DNA of 64,000 nucleotides from Phallusia mammillata (taxonomy: Eukaryota), in the NCBI GenBank assembly GCA_965637545.1, contig OZ281496.1, positions 6,696,001 to 6,760,000 on the forward strand, written 5' to 3'. A program made the translations under genes and the position numbers. This document shows positions 13,240-26,168 of this stretch, one piece after another (the first letter of the stretch is position 1; each line of letters begins with the position of its first letter). The notes under the pieces are model-generated. The model saw only the letters and a program-made list of their open reading frames with translations. It searched no databases and was not told where the DNA came from.

Positions 13240-13518
13240 GTTGTAACGATACCAGAGGAGAATCAGCGACAAGCTTTCTCTCACATGAGAGACTACCTAT
13301 CTCTCTCTCTCTCTCTCGCTCTAACAATATCGACGATGCTACTAGCTAACTCAATAAACCAACTTTAACGTCCAACGCCGTCCAATATATCGGACTAAGC
13401 TCAGACAAGCAGTAGCTCAGATAGTCAAGGAATTAAGGGTGCATAACATCTACAGCCAAAGATACTTCTGTAGTGAAAGTACGACGTCATCAGGACAAAT
13501 AACCCCTACAGACACACA
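13240..13518 (+). mobile_element. LTR-like insertion in the transmembrane exon region of copy B
   Basis: Starts TGTTGTAACG, contains (CT)n and AATAAA, ends in ..CA. Absent from the equivalent exon of copy C. Boundaries uncertain and no perfect TSD. Confidence 0.4.
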
Positions 13519-14853
13519 GGTGTGTGATATTTGCTAATATATAAACTCTAAAACAAAATGCTTTGTTTGTTTCTTTTTTGTTTCAGAATCAAAATGAAGA
13601 AACCTATGAATGTAAAATGCTCTGTTTATTTCTTTTTTGTTTCAGAATCAAAATGAAGAAACCTATGAATGTAAGTCCACGACCAAGAAATTTCAACCAA
13701 AGAAGTTTGATTTGTTTTTTGCATTTTACCTTAAAAGGAATTCTGGTCCAAACTTTGCTGTTTTTCTACATTCTTTAGTTAAAATCACTAAAAATTGTTA
13801 CCCTTTAGTAAAATATGTTAACTTGGTAAAGAAACATGTACATGAATAAACGACTTCCAAATATACAATTATGGCAGATAAAATAAAGTGCTTTTGAGAA
13901 CTCATGTCAGCATAAGATGTGAAATTCTTAATCATGATTATTATCTATAATTTCACACCAATACAGGCAACGGGTCAAACTTTTTATAACACAACTAAGT
14001 TTGTACCAACAAGACCACCGCTTGGTACTTTCCCCAATCCCGCCCGTTCGTGTGTTGACCTTAGAGACGCTGGGTTTAAAGATGGAATCTACGTCATACA
14101 ACCGTCGCTCAAATCGTTTGAGGTTTTAAACGGAATTTAAAGTTTGATAAATACAGTTAGATACAGCAAATTAATTTTCATGTCTGAACGTAGATTCCAT
14201 CTTTAAACCCAGCGTCTCTCAGGTCATTTGATAAATACAGCAAATTGATTTTCATGTCTGAACAAGCGTTTCTGTCACAAAACAATGAACAACTATTTGC
14301 GAATTTCTAGAAAGATAAACACCGTCCCCTCTCTTGTGCATAGGTTTACTGTGACATGATAGCTGTTGGTGGTGCATGGATTCTCCCGGCCACTATAAAC
14401 AATATTGTGCCTGAATCTGATTATCAATCATGGTTTCCTACGACAAATGATAATCACCGGAAGAACTTTGGTGAAAAAATTTGAAGTAGCCTAAATATTG
14501 ACAATTTTTTTAACCTACACGTTGTTCAATTGTAGATCACCAAAACTGGATGAACACAAACATATTTGGATCATTTGATAATTGCACGAAATCAGATTTC
14601 AAAAGTCAAGTTTATTTTGAATATCAGGCAAACTATCTAGTTTTAGGTTCTTAAGTTTGTGTTACACACGAGTATTACTTTAGGGAAAGGACATTATGTT
14701 TCGTCATGTCCCAAATCAAACACCACTGGAGGCCAATAGAGAGCAGAGTTTTCTGCAATATCAAACTGAAAACAGTTTTTTGGGATATTATGGAGGAAAT
14801 TTGCATAGAATTTTCAATTTGCATTACCCATTGAAACAAGCTAATGGTTAGAT

Positions 14854-15442
14854 CAGTGGTTCCCAACCGGGGAGGAATTTTATGAGTTCAGGGGAGAAGT
14901 TTCAAAAAAAACTGTAAAAAAAATACATTACAAATGTTTCAAAATATTTTTGTAAATACATTGATGTCCATTAAAATTTGTACGCGGTTCACATTTGAAA
15001 CCGGTTGTAAAGGATTCTGAAAGAGACATCCCTAACTATAAGGTCTACTTGTATATACGGCCGCATGGTACGTTTTAGGCGCTTAAATTAATCGATTATT
15101 GTCGTAACAAAGTCCATTGTTTTAACTTTTTTTGACAGTCTGGCTGTTGCTTAGTTGCTTAAAAACTGAACAGTTTACAGTTAGTAAACAGTGTATGTAA
15201 TGAAACTAGATTGTTAGTTACGTATCATTCTCTTGTGTAGATTTTAGCTGTAGCCACTGTCACAAACTGCGCCGCGTGTACAACTTTCCAGAGCGCAAAC
15301 AAGAGCAAATTTCGCATTGAGTCGTAATGTGAAATAAATTGCTATAATTTTTTTATGTTGTATTTTTTGTCTTATGGGGAGGAATGAATAGTTCGAAAAT
15401 GGGCAAAGGGAGGAATGTAGCAAAAAAGGTTGGGAACCACTG
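14854..15442. mobile_element. hAT-type MITE (589 bp)
   Basis: Perfect 15-bp TIR CAGTGGTTCCCAACC / GGTTGGGAACCACTG. 8-bp TSD GGTTAGAT at 14846-14853 and 15443-15450. Confidence 0.95.
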
Positions 15443-17989
15443 GGTTAGATCAATAAGTGCGGCAGATCAATACCGTATGACTGATTGATGTACCAGCAAG
15501 AATGTCGAAGCTTTAAGTGGAATTGGTACCCAGGAAATAAGCTTAACAAACCCAGCACGTTTTAAACCAAACTTTTTAAATTGATTTTTCACAATCATAC
15601 CAATGTTTAATCTTTTTTTGTACTTGAAGTTTTTTATCCTGATGTAAGTTCAATGTTGGATCGACTTGCTGCAAAATCAACAGAAATTACAGACTTAATT
15701 TCTGATTTCTATTTTTACGATTATGGTAATAGTTCATATTTGCTCTATGACGAAGGACTGTTTGGAACCGAACACGGAATGAGGGTAGGTCATATAGGTT
15801 TTCTTATCCTTGTCCTAAAAAAGTGTTTGTGGAGATTTTATCCAGCGCCGGTCAAAGATGCAAAATAGGCAACTGTCCAAATGACTATGTTGAATATGGG
15901 TTGGATGATGGGTAGGTCAAACCGTACATCAATTTTCGTTTTTACTTTAGTTTTGTTTTTCACATTGAAACTAAAGATGTGGAAATGGGAACTTGATGCA
16001 ATCAAGGAGAAAGATTCATCCCTTCATTGTTTTTTTTTGCTGTGATAAATACGGAACACTGTTTGGACGACCTCCGATTCGTTGTACGAGAATATGGCGG
16101 TAAAATGTTTCAAAATTAAACTTTGATTATTCACTGTTACAGCTGTACGGTCGACTACCAAACACCGATTCAACAGTTAAATATACCGGAGGCCACACTC
16201 ACAACAACTTCTTTTTATATTATGAAGCGGGTTGCAGATATGGTTTGCCTTATGCCAGCTTGTGTGATGTTTGGTTTTATGTCATCAATAAAAAGGTCTG
16301 TTGCATTTGTTGTCAAATATATTTTTAGTCCAAATTTTGATTTTATGTTTTGAGGATTGGAAATCATCGGACTCTCCAAATGCATTTTTTAGAAAGTCTT
16401 CATCTAGCATATATTATACTTTTGAATGGGAAATTTACTAACCGGTATCCAACACACTCTTTGGTTACACAATGGTTACAAGGTAAATTACTATTTCTGC
16501 AGATAAGGAAAAAAAAATAAAGTACGAAATAAAAGTATCGAAATTGAACAAACACAAATTTTTGGAGTTTTGATTATCCAAACAGAGATAAACGCAGTCA
16601 CCAACAAAATGCTGGAAATTATTTCCGAATATGACAACTTGTGTATGTAAAACTTATGTTCGGTTATTTACCTATAATTATATGGCATGCGGCTCCTCCA
16701 GTCTTTGGTTGTTTCAGGTCCGGATTGCACTTATGATGACGACGTACTTTCAGTACCAGTTCAATTTTCCATCGGAAACGATTCAGTGGTTAACTCGATG
16801 CTGCCACCAAGTGTAAATCCTCTACCGACCGGTTTTGTTCAGTTGCGTGCTTATGGAAGAACTGGGAGCGTCTACGCAATGTGTCCTGCCGTTCAGTAAG
16901 TAAGACCGGTGTATATATAATGATTTACACTAAGATAGAGCAAGAGTACAGAAAACCTCGTTCGCGCTGTAATGTCTTTGTAACAGCTATTGTTAATTGT
17001 TTTTGGTAGGGTAAACGATTGGCGAAGCGAATACGTGTGTATTGGAGGAATGAAAAACCCAGACTCTCGATATTATGATGACTGCAGTGATTTTACAAGT
17101 AATTATACAAGTTATTTTTTTGGACATATTTACGTACTAGTTTGTAAAACATTTTTGTATTAAACAGACTGGGACGGATTGCCGAAAACCTTGTTGCACG
17201 AAACAACTCCAGTTGATTATGCTCATTTTCAGAGAGATTTGGATTCAACAATTATGATATTTTATCGATAAATTTTGTCAAATTGAAGTAACACATTTGT
17301 TCAAAATACTACTTTTAAGGATTTTATTGAAATAACTGTATACTTTGGTTATAAATAATAATTCCTGCTTATATGTTGGATAATCTCCTAGAGTTCATTG
17401 TTAACTCATATCTTTGTTTGTAGATATATTGTAAAAATAATTACAAGATTACCTAATCAATTAATTTGTTGATATATGTCCGATAATCTTTTTGAAATCA
17501 TTTTGACTCTTGTAGCGGCCACGTGCTTCATTTGTAGATGCATTGTAATTACAAATACAAGACAATAAAATCCATGTAACCACAAAAATATGTATTTTAT
17601 TTGAGATACCTAGAATGAAACGTTTTAGGGTCAAATTCAGCAAGTTGGATTAAACCTATATTAATGATGGGATAATTCCTGAAAGTGGTATTTACCAATC
17701 GAGATGAAATTTTAATCTGGGATTAAATAGGCAAAATTTTAATCCTGTCCTCCCAGGTTTTAGGATGGATTAAGTCGAATTCTGGGGTGTTTTGGGTATT
17801 TATCCTTAGAAAAAGTCGGTTTTGTGTTTAATCAAGCTATATTTGCAGTTGTTAACCACAAATCATAAAATAGTATTTAATAAAAAAATCGAATTAAACA
17901 AGGATATTATTGGCCGGTGCTTAAGGATGCAGTAGTCGCCTTGTGTCACCCCCCAGAAATCACGTCGTACGCCCATGGTTCCCAGCAGA

Positions 17990-18850
17990 GTAGGATATCC
18001 AAATGCTGGACTACGTCACTAAGTATGGAAAGGCCTGTGCAATTAAAGATTAATGTGCTAAAAGCGTGGCAAATGAGCTTGTTTCCAAATTGCCGCTTGA
18101 CACCTGGAACTTACGCTGAGAAAATTCAAGCAGAACTCCGCACTGCATTCAAAATCGCACGTGACCATGGATCCAGCAAAAACGGCAAAAAAACATTGTA
18201 CGATAAGCGAATTCATGGTCCCCTTTTCCGTGTGGGCGACTTCATTTTCACGAACCGGTGATGACGAAGGGGACTCGTAAGAAGTTTTGGAAGCCCAGGG
18301 TTGGACCTTTTAAAGTCATTAAGGTGTTGAGTAACTCAACTTATCGGATTCAGTCAATGGTTTAGCTTTGACAAGTTAAAACCATTCCGTTTGCGTGACC
18401 ATCAGAAAACAGGCGCTGAAGGTAACGAGTTGCCGCAGGAAGATATGACGCTGTCAGATGATGAAACCGAAATGGATGATATCGTGGGTGCTCCACAGTC
18501 TATTGAGCAGAGCAGTACACACGGCGTGGTCGTTGTGTCCGCCCTGCCCGGCAATTGGGCGTTTAGGATTGTGGTTAACGGGAGTGCAAATGTTTTGGTA
18601 TTGTGCCCCTTTCGTTCTTGTCGCCTGTGTTGTTGCCGAGTCTGTTTTGTAGTTTGCGGGTCGCAAACCTATTTAGAAAGGAGCTCTGTAACGATTATAA
18701 CTTATGTGTTTAAGTTTTGGAATCGAGATTACGCGAGGTTGTCGCCCGTTTGTCTCGTGGTGTGGCTATATTGCTGTGTTTTTTGTATCTGCAATTATCG
18801 CATTTAATCGTTGGATTCTATTTGAGTAAAGCAAACTAATGTAACAACAA
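17990..18850 (+). mobile_element. Ty3/Gypsy remnant: degenerate integrase C-terminus and probable 3' LTR start
   Basis: YAEKIQAELRTAFKIARD..YDKRIHGPLFRVGD..KKFWKP-VGPFKVIKVLSNSTYRI across frameshifts (GPY/F-type domain). Purine tract TAGAAAGGAG precedes TGTAACGA near 18684. Confidence 0.7.
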
Positions 18851-18888
18851 AACTGTTTTGGTAACCTACAAAAAGTGTGGAACTTTGC

Positions 18889-18966
18889 AGATGTGTTACT
18901 TGTGATAAAAGATTTACACAAAGTGGAAGTTTGAAAATCCACATGTTGGCTCACAGTAAAGAGAAA
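18889..18966 (+). pseudogene. Isolated single C2H2 finger remnant
   Basis: RCVTCDKRFTQSGSLKIHMLAHSKEK, same style as the arrays at 33.9-57.9 kb. Confidence 0.75.
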
Positions 18967-21426
18967 TTTTACTGGCTTAATGTTCATTAAAAAGATTACT
19001 TGGGCTGAAAAAATTGCCTTTTTGTATGGATTCTGTTTCAGTGTAAAAAAACATGAATTGCGCAGAGTAAACATTAAAACGGTAACACTACAGTTGAAGT
19101 TATTCTCCAAACCATTCACATCTACTGTAATTCAAATATAATATGCGGCAGTAAATGGAATATTTTACATACATCCTATTGTTTTACGTTAGAATTGGGC
19201 CTGCCTAAACTAAGCATAATTCACGCATTCACGGGAAAATGGGCCGGTGAAATTTTGCAGCTCCCAATCCAGGATTAGCTGGATCTTTATTAGGGCTTTG
19301 GTCATGCTTTGTCGCACCTAGCGGAAAATATGAGTAGATGCGCTGTGCGAACGTTATGTCCAGAAAATGTTTGTGTCAAATTGTTGTCAGAACAGCCGAT
19401 TGGTGTCAAACATTCGCAATAAATACTATACTTAAAGGTGTTTGCCAGGAATGCCGTAGCGTACCCACCGGTTGAGAACCACAGCGATAGATGGTAAGCT
19501 GTGCAGCCATCCAATGGCGCTCCAGTATGTTGGGAGTAACAGACTAAAATCCATGCTTCACCTTTTCTGTTGGATGCAATTGGGCATTAACCACAGAGTA
19601 AACTGGCTAACAAATGCCAATCAACTGCTTGGTAACCAATCAGTGCACACTGTTTCGACCTATAAGGTCTCATGATCAAGACCCATGCGATACTTTTACG
19701 GATTAATTAACTAGTTATATAAACGACATCCATGTATGACAGGCCCTCAACTACGATGAAGAGACGCAGCGGGCTCCTCTAAAACAGATAGATGGCATTT
19801 CATTAATGAGTTGGTTTTTAGTAATCTCGGACATTTTAACGAATTTTGTTTTTTTGGGTCGATTATATTGTCTGCATCAATATTGTTTGATTTGTGCTTT
19901 GTTATATAGACCATCACATTAAATTGGATTGTTTACCAAGCGTTTGTTTATATCTGCCATTACATTCAAATCGCAAATCACAACAAATATAATACTGTTA
20001 TGTTTCTTATTTTGATAACAAATGTACCAACAAAGTTCGTGCCAGTAAAAAACCGCTGAGGTATTTCTGCCATTACCCCGTCCACATGTTAAGTTGTATG
20101 GTAGGCAAAATACGCCACGTGATTAATCGCTATATGGGCTTCCACAGTCACTTGAATCTGTAAATAAAATGTGACCAATCAAATTAAATTCCTGTGAAAC
20201 TTGCAAAAAGCAACTTTGTCTATAGTAATACAGTTTGAGAAAATGTCAGTCTGTGTAGCAATAAGCAGTTGTTGTTTTATGAAGTAGGAATCTATCCCAA
20301 ATGCCATTGGTGAGCGAAAGTTTTATTGCCAGAGTAACTTAATGTATGTGTGCAATGAAATAAATTTCCAACAATATGCCATAAAACATAAAACTAAAGA
20401 AAAAATCTGTTTATAGTTGCCTTTTCTGCTTGTATTACTCGATTGAAGGTTTTCGATAAATAACTTTCAGACAAAAATAGTAATTTTATTGCTGCATTAT
20501 TTACTATTGTCTAGGCATTGGTCGAGCTTAAAAATGTACAGAAAACGTCGAAAAATTGCTGAGAAATGTTTCGACAATCAGTTTGTTCCAATCCGTTCGC
20601 ATGTTTTGCAACAAATGGCAGTTGTTTCTGATTTTATAATATTGTTACGAATAGTTAAAGCTTTACTTGTTACAATAGTAAAGCTTTGATCTAAAGTTTT
20701 TGCCATTTTTCGCTTTATCTGTTTCACAAGAATGTAGCAATCAGCTTAATTTCCACAGTGTTGTTACGTTTTGCATTATATGCACTGTGTTGTGATTTTG
20801 AATTCATTTCGAATTGCATGATATAAACATTATTTATGATAATGCAAAATCAGTAAAGGTTATTTGGTTTGTTCGAAACTCAGAAGTAAACTGTGGAGTC
20901 TTTATTGAACACAACCTGGTGAAGTATCATAAACCAAAAGTATGACTTTCAAAATAAACATTCCGAATGCGAGTATTGTATCTTTTGATATCTCTCTTGA
21001 ACTATCTAAAACAACAGAATAATATTGACCAAAGATTCACAACACTAATACATTACATCTTCTTACTTTTTATTGTCCTCCACAGTTTATTTAGAATTTC
21101 TTGGTGTGTCTGATGCTACGTTTCTGCATTGAAAAGATATGGCAACGTATCAAATAAATTGTTAGACTTGTATGCAAAACAAGTTCCTGATTTGACTTTA
21201 ACTGTTACCTTGTGTAGCAAAGTTTAACATTATTACGAAGCAACCAACCATAGACCCGAAAGGAATTGGTTCAAACCCCGATGTAGTTTTGTGTTTAGTC
21301 GAAGCAATTGAAAACGTCAGTGTTAAAGACAACTCCATAGCGCCAAGAAGGCCACTCGTTTATTGTGAGTCGGGCGAAAGCAGTGGTTATCAAATACAGC
21401 AAAAAAACGAATTTTGCCCGAACTTT

Positions 21427-21860
21427 TTACCCGTCGACATTTTTGTTATCTCCTGGAGGTAAAGGAGCTTCATCTGTCTGTAAAAAAAAAACGTTAAAAC
21501 TTTCATCTAAATCACCAACAATGCTGATAAGTTTGACACAAATAATTTGGAGTTTTTTGGAGAAAATTAAACAAAGTTTGCGCTTTGGTTCGGTAATATA
21601 GACATTTCATTCACTGTACAAAGTAGCTATAAACACAACAAATGATAGCATATCTTATTTCATGGTACTTAGATATCATCAATTATGTCACAAATGAAAC
21701 AAAAAACGACGATATTGTTCGCTTTATGTGCCATTGCATTTTTGAACTTCTAATTTTACTGATAGGCAAATTAACGTACTTTGTCCGACCAATTCCATTT
21801 CCCTGCAACCATTGGCAAAACAAGAGTAATTATTAACATCAGGCAAATTGCTTTCTTCAT
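21427..21860 (-). CDS. Candidate two-exon small secreted peptide (43-aa precursor)
   Basis: Exon 21860-21780 MKKAICLMLIITLVLPMVAGKWNWSDK with a GTACGT donor. Exon 21477-21427 TDEAPLPPGDNKNVDG* after a T-rich CAG acceptor. Both are phase 0, and the N-terminus has signal-peptide character. Confidence 0.45.
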
Positions 21861-23374
21861 GTTTCTTTTTATTTGTCTAAATCCGATAAGTTTGTTGTCC
21901 TATTTGCCACTGAAACAAAACAACTGTGTTTTTAAACTGGTCTCTCATATTTTCTGTTGCAGCGTTTTTTTTTTTTGATGAACGTATAGGACATGCTGAC
22001 AACTTAAAAAGAAACTATGTGGCAAACAGTTGGTTTCAAACCTTTTGCTTCCGGTATTTGTTCTTACTTACATGTTTTGCTCTTTCAAGCATACGTAGCT
22101 GACAGGGCTTCAATTTCATTCTTTTGAAAATATTTCTGTTTTGCCTGTAGCCATTTTGAAAACTTTACACACCTAAAGGGTATGCTGTTTTAAACTATTG
22201 ATTTACTGAGGGTGCGTCTCCAAACCAAAGCCCAAAACGGCCGAGTGTTCATAAGGTTGTGCGTTCTAATCCTGTCCCGATTGCTTGTGCTTAATGTGGT
22301 TTCTTGAACGGTCATCTGTTACCTGGTTCAAGTAACATTTAGTCACGGCAGGGTATAATTTCTCCTGCTCCATGTACGATGTAATTATTGAAAGTTCGTG
22401 CTCGTAACCAACGCTAAGGCATTTTTGCTAGGACCCACATGTTAGGTTTCATGGCAGAAAAAATATGCCATGTAATTAATTACTATATGAGCTTTCACAG
22501 TCACGTGGATCTGTAACAAAAATGTGATCGATCAGAATATTTAAATTATCTTCCTGTGAAATTTGCTGAAAGCAACTTTCCTATACAGCTGCAGCAAATG
22601 TCATTGTATGTAGCAATAAGCAATTGCAGTGTTATGAAATTCTATCACCAGGCAATAGATGAATCTATAAAACACGTTTTATTACCGGAACAATGTAATA
22701 AAACTGTGAACAAAAACTGTTTACAGTTGCCTCTTCTGCTTGTACTACTCGTTTCAAGATTTTATTTTAAAAATCTTATTTTTTACTGATAATAACAGTT
22801 GTCTTATTATTTTTTGCCAACAGTTTTTTAGGCAGTTGTCTAGCTTAAAAACGTATAGGAAGCGTCAAAATATTGCTGAGAAAGGGTCTGACAACCAGAT
22901 TGTTGTATACATTTCGTTTCCGCAGTTTTTTATCGCAAGTTTTGCAGCAAATCGCGGCGGTTACTATTTTTATACCGTCGTTAAAAATAGTTAGGCTTTA
23001 TTTGCAGCGACTTTCTGAACTCTTTGCCGTGTGTCGCTATGTTTAAGAAAATGTAGCGACAAGCTTAATTCACACAGTTTTGTTATGTTTTTCATTATAT
23101 GCGCTGTGCTTTCGAAATCATGTCGAAGTGTAAGATATGAAAAATATCTCTAATAATGCAAAATCAATAAAAGTTGATTAGTTGTTAGTATGCACAAAAG
23201 TATCATAGACGAAAAGCAAGAATTATAAAATTCCGAATACGAGTCTTGTATCTTTTAATTCTCTTTTGAATTATCTAAAACAACAGAACAATATTGACAA
23301 GAGCTTCACATCACCAATGCATTACATCTTGTTACCCTTTTTTCCCTTCCAAATGTTTTTGTCAAAGCGAACTT

Positions 23375-23767
23375 TTTACCTGTCGACATTTCTGTTATCT
23401 GCTGGACGTAAATGAGCTAAAACTTTTATTTAAATCGCCAACAATGGTGATAAGTTTGACACCAATAATTTAAAGTTGTCAAAATTAGAAAAGATTGCTT
23501 ATTTGCTCGAAAAAGGTGATTTATTGTACAATGTAGCTATAAACACGACAAATGATAGCATATCCTATGTCATGATACTTTTATGTCACATAGTAAACAA
23601 AATACGAGGATATATTTCGCTTTATGTTCCATTGCATTTTTAAACTGGATTAAATGTTATTAAAATGCAAATTAACTTACACCCGACTACCATTTTTGTA
23701 AACAATTCTCTGCAATCAGTGGCAATACAAGAAAAATCAGTAACATTAGGCAAAGTGCTTTCTTCAT
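23375..23767 (-). pseudogene. Disabled paralog of the candidate secreted peptide
   Basis: MKKALCLMLLIFLVLPLIAENCLQKW*SG with a GTAAGT donor (TAG at 23689-23687). Last exon AHLRPADNRNVDR* with the original acceptor deleted. Confidence 0.45.
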
Positions 23768-25492
23768 GTTTTTCTTTTATTGGTCTAAATCCGATAAGTT
23801 TGTTGCCCTATTTGCCACTGAAACAAAACAACTGTGTTTATAATTTCTACTAGTCTCCCATATTTTCTGTTCCAACTCTTTTTTTGATGAACGTATAGGA
23901 TATGCCGACAACTTGAAAAGAAACTGTGAGGCAAACAGATGGTTTGAAACCTTTTGCTTCCGGTATTTGTTCTGACTGCCATAATTTGCTTTCAAGCAAA
24001 CAGCTAATAGGGCTTAAATTGTATTATTATGAAAATATTTTTGTTTTGCTTGCAGCCATTTTGTAAACTTTAAACACGTTTAGGGTTAAGCCATTGGTTT
24101 AACAAGGGTGAATCGCCAAACCAATGTTGCCAAGATGGCCGAGTGTTCATAAGGTTGTGTGTTCTAAACCGGGTCTCGGTTGCTGGTGTCTCCTTGAGTA
24201 AAGAAATTTAGCCATTCGAACCGGATCGACGGTGGACTGAAGCATTCAGGCGTTGCCCGTCCACCGGCGATAAAAAAGAAAAAGTGTTTACATTTCTTAT
24301 GCATTATTTTTGAGATTTCACACACTGTTCTTACTTGAGAACCAGAACAACACAGCCTTTTTTTAATCAGAATTTTCCCTTTAAGCATTGCGTTAGAACA
24401 CTTCGATTTCTATCTCACTGCTTTACTGCCGAGCGGTTACTGTAAAATTAAATTATTTGCTGTAATATTCTTTGCGTAGGGAGACTGAAATGATTTTCTA
24501 TTACAAACCAAAATCAATGCAACAAGCTTTTACATTTATTCAATAACCAAATCAGCAGCATCCACTTCGAGGGGCAATAATCAACCAAGAATAGCCCAGA
24601 CATAAATAACTCATATCACAGGCCAAATACAACGTTAGCAACAAACCACAGCAGGTATTAAAATACAAAAACTGGATGACAAAGATCCTGTAAGGTTTGA
24701 TAGTTACTTCGTATGGACGTTTAGTTGTCAAATGTGTAGCCTCAAGCGTTTCAGCGACATGTCTCAAACTAACAACTGGATTTGCAAAGTATTTTCAGGC
24801 TGCAGCAATTGTCTGAATTGCACGTTTTTTGTTTCTCTATTTCTATTTCTTAAAATAATGCTAGTACACTACCAAAGGACATCATCCCACTGGGCTATTT
24901 GCAGACAACTGCAGTTCGTGAATTGATTGGGTGTTGGCCTTTTTTGAGTTTATGTGTCACCGTTTCAATCGTTTACAAACGAAAGGCATAAGGGTTATTA
25001 TGCGACTTACCATATGACTTTTGTAAAAAAACGCCAGATAAAAAGTTTGAATCTCACCGCCGCATGAATTCATCCAGAAACACAACATTTTCTTGTCTTC
25101 ACAATCAAAATGACTAGTTTCGTTCAATACGTTGTTGTTTGTTTGCTTCGTTTTTGTCATCGGTAGTTGAAAACGGCATAACTTTTTGTACAAATACATT
25201 TGTTAACTCATACATTTGAGCAGGATTGTTTACTACGCGATTATTGCACATTAAAGAATTGGTATGGTGTTGATAAGTGCGCTTAAACAGTATATTTCCG
25301 TTTTTAATCAAACCCTTTTATTCAGGAGATTGGCAACTGATTACATTGACAGTATAAGTTCCAAAGCATATGAGGAAACCCGTGTAAAGCATTAGAAGTG
25401 TTTTATCAGCAAGGCATTGTAAACCTGGAAAAACACAGCCTGTTTGTATCGTTGGCATCCAGTCGAAACTTCCTTGAGCGTTTAAAAACAAC

Positions 25493-25916
25493 ACACAATG
25501 CATTCCACTCTACCAACTAAACACGTTTGTGAATGCGCGGTTAAACTAAAATTCAAGTCAACACATAAATTATTACATTATTCAATAAACAAGAGAACTG
25601 AGAGTGGAACTCTGAAACAACATCCAGCTTGCGTTTGTATGACTAATAGGCGGATACTGCTTCGCATTTCACAAGAGACGTAACATCCTTAATATAATTC
25701 CTTCGAGTGCTTGTCAAAACACAATGCATCCCACTCAACCAACCAAACACGTTTGTGCATACGCGAATAAACAAAGATTCGAGTCAACACATTAATAGCT
25801 ATTATTACACGATTGAATAAACAACAGAACTGAGAGTGGAACTCTGAAACAACATGTTGTGTTGGTTTGACTAACAGGCGGGGGCTGCTTCGCTTTTCAC
25901 AACAGACGCAACATCT
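25493..25916 (+). repeat. About 225-bp tandem duplication upstream of copy C
   Basis: Units start at 25493 and about 25719 and share AGAACTGAGAGTGGAACTCTGAAACAACAT exactly. Confidence 0.85.
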
Positions 25917-26168
25917 GTAGTGTTAAATCCTCCATTTAACTCGTTCACTGTTTGTCAATTATTCACTAATGTTGGAATGCTTATGATAATAAGAACATGT
26001 TCTTTGTTCGTCTGTGGTCATTAGGCGGGTTTGCTTTGGTTCATGATTTACTTGACAAGGTTTATTATAAAAACAACTCAGGCAACTTATATAACATAAT
26101 CAAATATTTATGTCTGGAAAGGAGTAAAAAATTGTAAATGTGTTCTTAGATTTTCACTGAATTCAATC

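Larger units (their letters stand above)
12571..17271 (+). pseudogene. Intelectin-like gene copy B, full span but inactivated
   Basis: Exons colinear with copies A and C from MSHTYEIEH.. to ..STIMIFYR*. Lesions: disrupted TM exon (about 13070-13520), apparent loss of the acceptor near 13955, +1 frameshift in a 9-T run near 16030, -1 frameshift near 16190, in-frame TAA at 16439-16441. Confidence 0.85.
20040..24190. repeat. Diverged tandem duplication (about 20040-22290 and about 22400-24190)
   Basis: Colinear shared blocks such as CACAGTCAC(T/G)TG(A/G)ATCTGTAA, CTAAATCCGATAAGTTTGTTG and GGCCGAGTGTTCATAAGGTTGTG. Confidence 0.85.

Noticed and set aside
16025-16195. Compensating +1 and -1 frameshifts rescuing copy B
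   Set aside because: The shifted frame hits TAA before the second shift, and an independent in-frame TAA lies at 16439-16441.
19300-19680. Minus-strand integrase-like words (SMDF..VVLNRWVRY..GIP)
   Set aside because: Several stops and atypical motif spacing; cannot be supported without a profile search.
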